A DNA stretch of 64,000 bases from Longimicrobiales bacterium (GTDB lineage Bacteria > Gemmatimonadota > Gemmatimonadetes > Longimicrobiales > Gaopeijiaceae). Below the pieces are notes generated by a model. The model did not search any database. It was not told the DNA's origin and was given only the letters and a program-made list of their open reading frames with translations. How positions within the stretch are numbered: the first letter of the stretch is position 1; each line of letters begins with the position of its first letter. The stretch is from the NCBI GenBank assembly GCA_963664435.2, contig CAXXKM010000001.1, positions 416,001-480,000 of the forward strand. The letters are read 5' to 3'. This document shows positions 41,611 to 50,374 of this stretch, piece by piece. Position numbers and translations under genes: made by a program.

Positions 41611-42327
41611 ATGGCCCGGATCCTGATCGTGGAGGACAACGCCCGGCTGGCCTACGGTCTTCGCAACAACCTCGAGATCGACGGTCACGTGGTCGATGTG
41701 GCGGAGGACGGCGCGCAGGGCCTGGAGGCCGTGGTTTCAGGGGAGCCCGACCTCGTCATCCTGGACCTCATGCTGCCCGGAATGAACGGCTACCAGGTGC
41801 TCCGGTCCCTCCGCGACAAGGGCATCGGAGTCCCCGTGCTGATCCTGACCGCCAGGGGCGAAGAGGCGGACAAGGTGATGGGGTTTCGCCTGGGAGCGGA
41901 CGACTACGTCACCAAGCCCTTCGGGGTGCTGGAGCTCCTTGCCCGCGTATCCGCGATCCTGCGAAGAGCGGGACAGGACGGGCAGCCGAAGGCGGTGGAG
42001 ACATTCGGCAACGTCGAGATTCGCCTCGAGCACCGTTCGGTCCTGCGTGACGGCCGGGAGGTGCGGCTCACACCCAAGGAATTCGATCTCCTGGTTGCGC
42101 TCGTGCGGCGGCGCGGCGCGGTGGCGACCCGGGTTGCGCTCATGAAGGAGGTCTGGGGGCATCGGGCCGCCATCCTCAGCCGGACCGTCGACACGCACGT
42201 CGCGGAGCTTCGCCGCAAGCTCGAGGAAGATCCGGGCGCGCCCCGTCATATCCTGACCGTCCATCGATCCGGATACAGGCTGAGTCGTCCAGCCGTTCGC
42301 AGCCATCATCAAGACGATCCTCATTGA
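41611..42327 (+). CDS. OmpR-family response regulator
   Basis: ILIVED, LDLMLP, GADDYVTKPF, LTPKEF, RTVDTHV..LRRKL. Confidence 0.93.
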   Translation: MARILIVEDNARLAYGLRNNLEIDGHVVDVAEDGAQGLEAVVSGEPDLVILDLMLPGMNGYQVLRSLRDKGIGVPVLILTARGEEADKVMGFRLGADDYVTKPFGVLELLARVSAILRRAGQDGQPKAVETFGNVEIRLEHRSVLRDGREVRLTPKEFDLLVALVRRRGAVATRVALMKEVWGHRAAILSRTVDTHVAELRRKLEEDPGAPRHILTVHRSGYRLSRPAVRSHHQDDPH

Positions 42328-42410
42328 CGGGAGCGGCCCGGTAGTTGACCGACCTGAACTGACGTCGGGCCGGCCCCTGGCACCGGGACCCCAACATCTG
42401 GAGGTACAGC

Positions 42411-43226
42411 ATGAAGCACGACGACGCTGGAACAGGACGGGTACTGACGCGGCGCGAGGCCCTCGCCGCCCTTGGTGTGGGCGGTGGGGCGCTGGCCACC
42501 GGCCGGTGGGCCTTCGGGATGGGGTCGGAGGTGGCGCCGGGCGGCGAAGTCGCTCGAACGCTGCCGGCGTGTGTGGTGCGGCCCGAGCAGACCGAAGGAC
42601 CCTTCTTCGTCGACGCACAACTGGAACGCTCCGACATCCGGTCCGATCCGGAGACCGGGGCGGTAAGCGAGGGCGCGCCGCTGACGCTCAGGTTCAACGT
42701 GTCGCAGATCTCCGGCGGGGCCTGCACGGTGCTGGCCGGCGCGCTGGTCGACCTGTGGCAGTGCGACGCCGCCGGCGTGTACTGGTGCGTCGACGATGAC
42801 GGAGCCCCTGCTGGAGCGAGGGAACGGAAGTTCCTTCGGGGCTTCCAGCGCACGGACGAGCACGGCGTGGCCCGCTTCACCACGATCTTCCCGGGCTGGT
42901 ACCGCGGCCGGGCGGTTCATGTGCACTTCAAGGTGCGCACCGACGTGGCCGCGCAACCCTACGAGTTCACCTCGCAGCTCTACTTCGACGAAGCCCTCAT
43001 CGATCAGGTGCACGGTCAGGCACCCTACGCGGCGCGGGGACGGCGCCAAACGACCAACGCCGCCGACCGCACCTTCCGCAGGGGTGGCGAAAGCCTGATG
43101 GCCCGGGTGAGCGAGAGCGGTGCCGGATACGCGGCCACCTTCGACCTGGGCCTCGATCTCACCGATGCGGAGGCCGGGCGGCCCGACGGCGGCACGGACG
43201 GTCGCCGGGGCGCCAGGCGAGTCTGA
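42411..43226 (+). CDS. Tat-exported intradiol ring-cleavage dioxygenase-like protein
   Basis: TRREAL Tat motif; TEGPFF, VDLWQCDAAGVY, FLRG.Q, PGWYRGRAVHVHFKV. Confidence 0.85.
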   Translation: MKHDDAGTGRVLTRREALAALGVGGGALATGRWAFGMGSEVAPGGEVARTLPACVVRPEQTEGPFFVDAQLERSDIRSDPETGAVSEGAPLTLRFNVSQISGGACTVLAGALVDLWQCDAAGVYWCVDDDGAPAGARERKFLRGFQRTDEHGVARFTTIFPGWYRGRAVHVHFKVRTDVAAQPYEFTSQLYFDEALIDQVHGQAPYAARGRRQTTNAADRTFRRGGESLMARVSESGAGYAATFDLGLDLTDAEAGRPDGGTDGRRGARRV

Positions 43227-43227
43227 G

Positions 43228-44553
43228 ATGATGCAATCAGGGCTCGGCACGGCAGGGCTCCATGTGGCGGGGCTGTTGCTGGCCGTAATGGCGTCCCTGG
43301 TCTCCTCACCGGGGAGCGCACAGGAGGAGATGCTCGACGCGGGTCCGGGGGATCCTCTCCTGCGCGTCTTCCTGGACTGCGATCGCCGGACGTGCGACTT
43401 CGATCACTTTCGCCGGGAGGTCTCGTTCGTGAACTACGTCCGGGACCGGACGGACGCGGAACTCCACGTGCTGGTGACGTCGCAGGAGACCGCGGCCGGG
43501 GGTGAAGCGTACGAGATGTTCTTCATGGGGCTCGAGGAACGGGCCGCGCAGCAGGACACGCTCCGCTTCGTCTCGCAGGAGAGTGATTCGGACGAGGAGG
43601 AGCGGGCGGGTCTGACCCAGATCTTCAAGCTGGGGCTCGTCCGGTACGCGGCGCCCACCTCCGCCGGTCCCCTGCTCGACATTCGCTATTCCGCGCCCAC
43701 TCAGGCGCAGCAGCAGGCCAGCACCGAGACCGATCCATGGAACCTGTGGGTGTTCAGCGTTCGCGCCGGCGCCGAACTCGACGGAGAGAGCCGCCAGAGT
43801 TCACAGGCTTTCGACGGGTCGTTCTCGGCAAGCCGCACGACCGAAGACCTGAAGATCGACATCAGCTCGTTCGGCCAGTTCGAGGAGGAGGAGTTCGAGC
43901 TGAGCGACGGCGAGGTGCTGGTGAGCACGTCGCGCAACATCAACCACGAGGGGCTCATCGTGTGGAGCCTCGGGCCGCACTGGTCCGCCGGCGTGCGCGC
44001 CTCCGCCCTCACGTCTACGAGGGTCAACCAGGACCTGACCATCCGGGCGGCCCCGGCGCTGCAGTACAGCGTTTTCCCCTACGCGGAGTCGACGAGAAGG
44101 CAGATCACGTTCCTGTACTCGCTCGGGCTCGCGTCCTTCGACTACGAGGAGGTGACGCTCTTCGACAAGTTGGAGGAGACCCACGCGGAGCAGCGCATGG
44201 AGGTTGCGGCCGAGTTTCAGCAGCCGTGGGGAGAGATCAACAGCGGGCTCGAGGCCTCCATGTTCGTGCGGGACCCGTCCCTCCACCGGATCGACCTGTC
44301 CGCGCGGGTGGAGTATCGGATCATTAGAGGTCTGAACCTCGACCTGGAGGGGAGCGTGGCCCGGGTCAAGGACCAGATCTACGTGAGCCGCGAGGACACT
44401 CCCGATGAGGAAATCCTGCTTGAGCGCCGCCAGCTGGGAACCAGTTTCGAGTACGAGCTGGAACTTGGGTTCAGCTTCACGTTCGGTTCGGTCTTCAACA
44501 ACGTGGTCAACCCGCGGATGGGATCGAACCGGGGACGCAGATTCTTCAACTAG
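43228..44553 (+). CDS. Hypothetical outer-membrane beta-barrel protein
   Basis: Signal peptide, VFLDC..C N-terminal domain, amphipathic strands, FGSVFNNVVNPR. Confidence 0.6.
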   Translation: MMQSGLGTAGLHVAGLLLAVMASLVSSPGSAQEEMLDAGPGDPLLRVFLDCDRRTCDFDHFRREVSFVNYVRDRTDAELHVLVTSQETAAGGEAYEMFFMGLEERAAQQDTLRFVSQESDSDEEERAGLTQIFKLGLVRYAAPTSAGPLLDIRYSAPTQAQQQASTETDPWNLWVFSVRAGAELDGESRQSSQAFDGSFSASRTTEDLKIDISSFGQFEEEEFELSDGEVLVSTSRNINHEGLIVWSLGPHWSAGVRASALTSTRVNQDLTIRAAPALQYSVFPYAESTRRQITFLYSLGLASFDYEEVTLFDKLEETHAEQRMEVAAEFQQPWGEINSGLEASMFVRDPSLHRIDLSARVEYRIIRGLNLDLEGSVARVKDQIYVSREDTPDEEILLERRQLGTSFEYELELGFSFTFGSVFNNVVNPRMGSNRGRRFFN

Positions 44554-44580
44554 GCGCGACCGCGCTACCGCAGCGCCCGG

Positions 44581-45996
44581 CTACCGCAGCACCGGCCTCC
44601 CCGCCCGCACTCCCAGGTACTCGCCGCCCTCGATGGTGAGCACGCCGTTGACGAACACGTACTCGATTCCGCCGGAGGGAACCGCCGCGTTGGTGTAGTC
44701 CCCGCGGTCGATGACCGTCCCGGGATCGAACACGGTGATGTCGGCGTCGGCTCCCACCCGGATGCGTCCCTTGTTCGCCATCATGGGCACGTAGCTCTCG
44801 AGGCGCCGCGCCGGCTCGATGGTCATCTTGCGGAGCGCCTCCATCAGGGTCAGGACGCCGTCCTCGCGCACGTACTTGCCGAGGACCTTCGAGAACGATC
44901 CGGTCGAGCGCGGATGGCTCACCTGCGCGCCGCCGTCGCTCGCCACCATGGTCAGCGGACTCGCCACCGCGGTGAGCGTCATCTCCTCCGTTCGCACGTG
45001 GCTGATCACGCTGCCCCCCTGCTCCCGGTAGCGGCCGAAGCTCTCCCGCGTCAGCCGCTCGCCGGTGGCGCCCCACTGGAACACGCCGAAGCGCTCGTCC
45101 TCCCATTCGTCCCAGTCGTCGTAGAGCGCGGACTCGATGCGGCTCTGGCTGGCGCCGTAGGGATAGGCCTCGGTGGTCACGTCCCGCCCGGCGTCGACGG
45201 CCTCCTGCACCACCGCGAGGAACTCGGCGGTGCGGGCGCCACCGGTCGAGTTGGCGTGCACCAGGTGGAGCGGCGCGCTGGCCTGTGCCGCCAGGTCGAT
45301 GGCGTAGTGGGCGCCGTCGGGGCCTCCGTGGGTGTGCACGTGCGCCGACGCGCCCGCCTCGCCCGCGACGGACATCGCGGCGAGGAGTTCCTCGTCGGTG
45401 GCGGCCGGCGTGTAGGGAAAGCCGAACCCCACCGCGGGCGCCCCCTGGTCCAGCCCTTCGCGGATGCGGCGCGCGATCTCCTCGACCTGCCCGGGCGTGG
45501 CCGGATCGTCCTTGCCGGCATCCGCGGGCAGGAAGTCGCCCGTGTCGCCCATCACGCGCATGCGCACGGGAATGTGGCCGATGCTCGCGCCGTAGTTGAC
45601 GGGCTGGCCGCCCTCGCGTTCGGCGTAGAACGCCGCGACGTCCCCCGTGCCGACCTCCAGCTCCAGACCGGTGGTCACCCCGTCGTGGGCCATGAAGCGG
45701 TAGGTCTCGTCGGTCTGGCCGTGCTGGTGCAGGTCGACGAAGCCGGGCGCGACCACCAGGCCCGATGCGTCGATGACGCGGGTGCCGGTGAGCGGCTCCT
45801 CCGATATCGCCTCGATGCGGTCGCCCGTGATTCCCACGTGGAGCGTCGCGTCGGTGCCCGATTCCGGATCCATGACCCGGCCGCCGGCGAGCACGACGTC
45901 GTAGGAGGGCATGGCATCCGCGCATGCGCCCGCCCCCAGGGCCGCTGCGAGTGACACCGCCAGCATCTTCCCGAACCTTTCTCTCGTTGCGCGCAT
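44581..45996 (-). CDS. D-aminoacylase-like amidohydrolase (lipoprotein)
   Basis: AGAC lipobox; VAPGFVDLHQH, ASDGG..HPR..G, KGRIRVGADADITVFD. Confidence 0.85.
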   Translation of the reverse strand: MRATRERFGKMLAVSLAAALGAGACADAMPSYDVVLAGGRVMDPESGTDATLHVGITGDRIEAISEEPLTGTRVIDASGLVVAPGFVDLHQHGQTDETYRFMAHDGVTTGLELEVGTGDVAAFYAEREGGQPVNYGASIGHIPVRMRVMGDTGDFLPADAGKDDPATPGQVEEIARRIREGLDQGAPAVGFGFPYTPAATDEELLAAMSVAGEAGASAHVHTHGGPDGAHYAIDLAAQASAPLHLVHANSTGGARTAEFLAVVQEAVDAGRDVTTEAYPYGASQSRIESALYDDWDEWEDERFGVFQWGATGERLTRESFGRYREQGGSVISHVRTEEMTLTAVASPLTMVASDGGAQVSHPRSTGSFSKVLGKYVREDGVLTLMEALRKMTIEPARRLESYVPMMANKGRIRVGADADITVFDPGTVIDRGDYTNAAVPSGGIEYVFVNGVLTIEGGEYLGVRAGRPVLR

Positions 45997-46210
45997 CTCT
46001 GGTGCTCCTCCGCCGGTTTCGTCGACATAGGGGTGGATTACACCCAACCGTTCCCTCGGAACATACGGAGAGTACCCGGCAGAGGCAGGCTCGGCGGGCC
46101 GCAGGGCAGGGATTCGGCGTACCGGCCGCGAGCGACGGACTTTGACGAAGCGGATGCGTCGGAAGCACTATTCCGGGTCCGATTGCGCGTCCAGCCGGAA
46201 GGAGTCCGTC

Positions 46211-47875
46211 ATGACAATCCAGTCTTCCCTTCCCTCCCTTGCATCGCTGCTGCTCCTCGTCGGCGTCGCGGGCGCATGTTCGCAGCCGCCTTCGGAAGCG
46301 GACGCGCGCGTGGACGAGATCTTCGCCCAGTGGGACTCATCCGGGAGCCCGGGATGCGCCCTGTCCGTGTCCCGGGCGGGCAGCCCACTGCTCTCGCGGG
46401 CATGGGGCATGGCGGACCTCGAGCACGGCATCCCCAACACTCCGTCGACCATCTTCGAGGGGGGATCGCTGGCGAAGCAGTTCACCTCGGCGGCGGTGGT
46501 CCTGCTGGCGCTCGACGGCAAGCTGTCCCTCGACGACGACGTGCGCACGTACATCCCGGAGGTGCGCGACTACGGCAAACCGGTCACCCTGCGCCGCCTC
46601 ATGACCCACACGAGCGGCATGCGCGACTGGGGCTCCGTCGCGTCGATCTCCGGCTGGGGACGCGGTGCACGCTCGCATCGGCACGCGCACGTGCTCGACA
46701 TCGTGAGCCGCCAGAGCGCGCTCAACTTCGAGCCCGGCCATGAGTACTCGTACAGCAACACCGGTTACAACCTGCTCGCGGTGGTCGTGGACCGGGTGAG
46801 CGGGATGCCCTTCGCGCAGTTTTCCCGCGAGCGCATCTTCGAGCCCCTGGGGATGAGCGATACGCAGTGGCGCGACGACTACAGGCGCCTAGTTCCGCGG
46901 CGCAGCACGGCCTACTCCGCGTCCGACGACGGCTTCCTCATCAACCGGCCCATCGAGTACGTGCACGGGAACGGGGGCATCCTGAGCACGGTGGGCGACC
47001 TGCAAATCTGGAACGCCGCGCTCACCGACGGTCGCCTGGGCGGCGGGGAGTTCGTGGGCATGATGCATGACCGGGCCACCCTCAACGACGGGCGTCGGAT
47101 CTCGTACGCCGGCGGCCTCCAGCTGCGCGACTTCGCGGGCGTCCCCTCGATCACCCACACCGGATCGACCGCCGGCTACAGGGGCTTCATCGGCCGGTAT
47201 CCCGACCAGCAGCTCTCGATCGCGATTCTGTGCAACGTGGGCAACGCCAACCCCGGGGCGCTGGGCGGACAGGTGGCGCGCGTGTTCCTGGGCGATGCGG
47301 CCTCTCCCGACCCGGAACCGGGCGATGGGATGTCGCTTTCGGCCGGGGAGCTGGAGGCGAAGGCCGGGCTCTACCGCGAAGTGGACACCGGCGATCCGCT
47401 GCGCATTGCGCTGGAGGACGGCGCGTTGCGGGTCGGGAGCCAGCCGCTGGTCGCCCACTCGGCGAGCGAGTTCCAGGTGGGGGCGAGCGAGCGCCGTCTG
47501 GTCTTCGGTGCCGCAACGGACGGTGGGCGCCCCACCATCGACGAGTACACCGGGGAGTACTACGACAACACCTACGAGCCGGTTGAGCAGTTCGCACCCG
47601 CCCCCGGGCAGCTCGATGCGTATACGGGTACATTCCACAGCGACGATGCCGAGACCACCCTGGTGGTGGCGGTGGAGGAGGGTCGCCTGGTGGCGAAGCG
47701 GAGGCCCGACGCCCGCTTCGAACTGGAGCCCGTCTACGAGCACGCCTTCAACGCGGGCGGCCTCGGGCGGCTCCGCTTCGATTTGGGCGCGGACGGACGC
47801 GCGACCGCGTTCGGAATGCGCCAGGGACGCGTCTACGACATGCGATTCCAGCGAGTCGCCGACTCGGGAGAATGA
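46211..47875 (+). CDS. Serine hydrolase (beta-lactamase family) lipoprotein
   Basis: AGAC lipobox; GSLAKQFT, LMTHTSG, YSYSNTGY, HTGSTAGY. Confidence 0.88.
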   Translation: MTIQSSLPSLASLLLLVGVAGACSQPPSEADARVDEIFAQWDSSGSPGCALSVSRAGSPLLSRAWGMADLEHGIPNTPSTIFEGGSLAKQFTSAAVVLLALDGKLSLDDDVRTYIPEVRDYGKPVTLRRLMTHTSGMRDWGSVASISGWGRGARSHRHAHVLDIVSRQSALNFEPGHEYSYSNTGYNLLAVVVDRVSGMPFAQFSRERIFEPLGMSDTQWRDDYRRLVPRRSTAYSASDDGFLINRPIEYVHGNGGILSTVGDLQIWNAALTDGRLGGGEFVGMMHDRATLNDGRRISYAGGLQLRDFAGVPSITHTGSTAGYRGFIGRYPDQQLSIAILCNVGNANPGALGGQVARVFLGDAASPDPEPGDGMSLSAGELEAKAGLYREVDTGDPLRIALEDGALRVGSQPLVAHSASEFQVGASERRLVFGAATDGGRPTIDEYTGEYYDNTYEPVEQFAPAPGQLDAYTGTFHSDDAETTLVVAVEEGRLVAKRRPDARFELEPVYEHAFNAGGLGRLRFDLGADGRATAFGMRQGRVYDMRFQRVADSGE

Positions 47876-48471
47876 AGATGAAGAGGAGCACGATGACATC
47901 CGGTGGCTCACCAGTGCACGGTGGCCATTCCGCAGGCATGCGCGCATCCGTGCGCCCCGGCGGGATCGGCACCGGCCACCAGGAACGAAGGCCCGAGGTC
48001 GTGCCCGCCGCCGCCGGTCCCGGCGAGGAGGTGACCGTGTCCATGGACCGGCTTCCCTACGCCGCCGTCTACATCGGCTTCGGCGCGCTGGGCGGCAACC
48101 ACCAGCTGCTTACGCAGGCCGAGACGGACGCGGACGGGATGCTCTCGGCAACCGTGAGCCTGCCGGCGTGGGCCACCGCCGACCTGAAGCACTTCTTCTT
48201 CCTGGCCGGCTTCGACCAGCGGCCGTTCGTGACTTCTCACGAATTCCACGTCACGGACGAGGACGGCGAGTTCCGGGTGGAGGGCGAGATCACCGATGAA
48301 GGGCTGGCGTGTCCCTCCATGCGCAACGGCGACGATCGCCTGTACACTCTGGAGGGGAACACCGAAGGGATTGCGCCCGGCGATCGGGTGGTGTTGCAGG
48401 CGACCCTTTCCGCGGCGCCGGCGTGCGCGGAGGGCGTGGCGATCGAGGTACGCGATGTGCGGGTGCGATAG
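47872..48471 (+). CDS. Hypothetical protein with a C-terminal small disulfide-containing OB-like domain
   Basis: EGLAC....DDRLYTL....PGDRV.......C.EG; start uncertain. Confidence 0.5.
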   Translation: MKMKRSTMTSGGSPVHGGHSAGMRASVRPGGIGTGHQERRPEVVPAAAGPGEEVTVSMDRLPYAAVYIGFGALGGNHQLLTQAETDADGMLSATVSLPAWATADLKHFFFLAGFDQRPFVTSHEFHVTDEDGEFRVEGEITDEGLACPSMRNGDDRLYTLEGNTEGIAPGDRVVLQATLSAAPACAEGVAIEVRDVRVR

Positions 48472-50098
48472 GCGGCCCGTCGGGCGCGGGCGGCTCGAGG
48501 CGACGACAGGCGCCTGGCTGCCGTTCATCGGGCTCCTGCTCCTCCTGGCCGGGTGCGCGGCACCGGCCCCCGAAGCCGTACAGGAGGCAGCCCCCGACAT
48601 CGACCTGGTCGAGCTCACGGCCGGGCAGATCCAGACCGACTACGCGGAGGGCCGCTACACCGCCGTTCAGCTCACGCAGGCCTCCCTCGATCGCATCGAG
48701 CACTTCGAAGGCCTGTACAACGCGTTCATCTCCATGAACCCGGACGCCCTTTCCACCGCCGCCGCTCTCGACCGTGAGTACGCCTCCACGGGCCCGCGCG
48801 GCCCGCTGCACGGGGTGCCGGTGGTCATCAAGGACAACATCGACTACGCCGGTCAGGTCACCACGGCCGGCTATGACGGCTTCAGCGCCGCGGCCGGGGG
48901 CGTTGACATGATCCCCGACGACGATGCCGCCGTCGTGACCCGTCTGCGCGAAGCGGGCGCCATCATCCTGGGAAAAACCAACCTGCCTGACTTCGCCGGA
49001 CACGGCACCCGCACCGAGAGCTCGGTGGCCGGGGTTACCCTGAACGCATACGACGTCACCCGCGTGCCCGGGGGATCGAGCGGCGGAACCGCCACGGCCG
49101 TCAACGCCAGCTTCGCCGTGCTGGGACTGGGCACCGAGACGGGCGGGTCGATCCAGAACCCGGCGGCGGCGCAGGCGCTGGTGGGAGTGAAGCCCACCTA
49201 CGGGCTGGTGCCGCTCGAGGGGGTGGTGCCGCTGAACGGCAGCTACGCCGACGTGGTCGGGCCGATGGCCAGAACCGTGCGGGACGCCGCCGCCGCGCTG
49301 GACGTGCTCGCGGGGCCCACCCCGGAGGACCTGGCCACCTACGCCGCGGCCGGCCACATGCCGGAGGACGGCTACGCCGCCGCCCTCGACCCTGCCGCCC
49401 TGGCCGGCGCACGTTTCGGCCTTGTGGGCGAGGGGTGGCGCGACACCTGGCTCCCGCTCGCCGAGGAAACCGAGGCGATGTACCGGGAAGCGATCGCCGC
49501 CATCGAAGAACGAGGGGCCGCGACCGTGGAGGATCCGTTCGCCGGCACCGGCTTCGTCGAACTCTACGCGGAGCGCCCGCGCGTCCCCTCCGCCTCCGCC
49601 TACGACATGCTCAACTACTTCCTGGGGCTCGGTCCCGGGGCCGCCTTCCACAGCGTGGAGGAGTGGGAGGCCCTGTCCGGCAGGTCATTCCGCGACCGCG
49701 ACGACAGCGAGCGTCCGCCTCCCGCGCGTCCCAGCGCCACCGAGGCGGGCGATGCCTTCCAGGGCTGGCGCGCGGACATCCGCGCCCTCTTCCGAAGCGT
49801 GCTGGAGGAGAATGACCTCGACGGCCTGTTCTTCCCCCAGGCCGGCGCGCCCATCGGCGATCTCGTCGAAGACCCGGAGCGCCCCGACTTCAACCCCAAC
49901 AATCATCCCGAACTTCCCAGCAATGTCATCAACGACATTGGACTTCCTGTCGTGACCGTGCCGTTCGGCTACTATCCGGACGGAACGCCCTTCGTGCTCG
50001 CCTTCATCGGAGACCTTTGGACGGAGGCCGAGCTCCTCGCGTACGCGTATGATCTGGAGCAGGCCACGAAGGCGAGGACCCCACCCCAACTGAGGTAG
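48455..50098 (+). CDS. Amidase-signature family lipoprotein
   Basis: LAGC lipobox; GPLHGVPVVIKDN, GKTN, PGGSSGG, GTETGGSIQNPA; start uncertain. Confidence 0.88.
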   Translation: MCGCDRRPVGRGRLEATTGAWLPFIGLLLLLAGCAAPAPEAVQEAAPDIDLVELTAGQIQTDYAEGRYTAVQLTQASLDRIEHFEGLYNAFISMNPDALSTAAALDREYASTGPRGPLHGVPVVIKDNIDYAGQVTTAGYDGFSAAAGGVDMIPDDDAAVVTRLREAGAIILGKTNLPDFAGHGTRTESSVAGVTLNAYDVTRVPGGSSGGTATAVNASFAVLGLGTETGGSIQNPAAAQALVGVKPTYGLVPLEGVVPLNGSYADVVGPMARTVRDAAAALDVLAGPTPEDLATYAAAGHMPEDGYAAALDPAALAGARFGLVGEGWRDTWLPLAEETEAMYREAIAAIEERGAATVEDPFAGTGFVELYAERPRVPSASAYDMLNYFLGLGPGAAFHSVEEWEALSGRSFRDRDDSERPPPARPSATEAGDAFQGWRADIRALFRSVLEENDLDGLFFPQAGAPIGDLVEDPERPDFNPNNHPELPSNVINDIGLPVVTVPFGYYPDGTPFVLAFIGDLWTEAELLAYAYDLEQATKARTPPQLR

Positions 50099-50105
50099 AC
50101 GACAC

Positions 50106-50303
50106 ATGGCGGCGTACACTTGCGAAGCATGCGGCATGAGCATCGGCACCATGACCTGCGGCCAGTGCAGCCAGGAGCTCGAGCACGGCAGCCTCGACCG
50201 CGACGACGGCTCCTCGGTGCACGTCTCCAAGTGTCCCGACGGGCACGGCATGGTGAAGTCGCCGATGTGCTGCGGCCAGGACATGGCCTGTCAGACCGGC
50301 TGA
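50106..50303 (+). CDS. Small Cys-rich metal-binding protein
   Basis: 65 aa: CEAC, CGQC, CPDGH, PMCCGQDM; GAGG RBS. Confidence 0.7.
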   Translation: MAAYTCEACGMSIGTMTCGQCSQELEHGSLDRDDGSSVHVSKCPDGHGMVKSPMCCGQDMACQTG

Positions 50304-50374
50304 GCCCAGCCCACATTCCAGCCATCGACCCCGGGGGGCATTCGCGAGGAAGCGCGTGTCCCCCGGAGCCCCCG

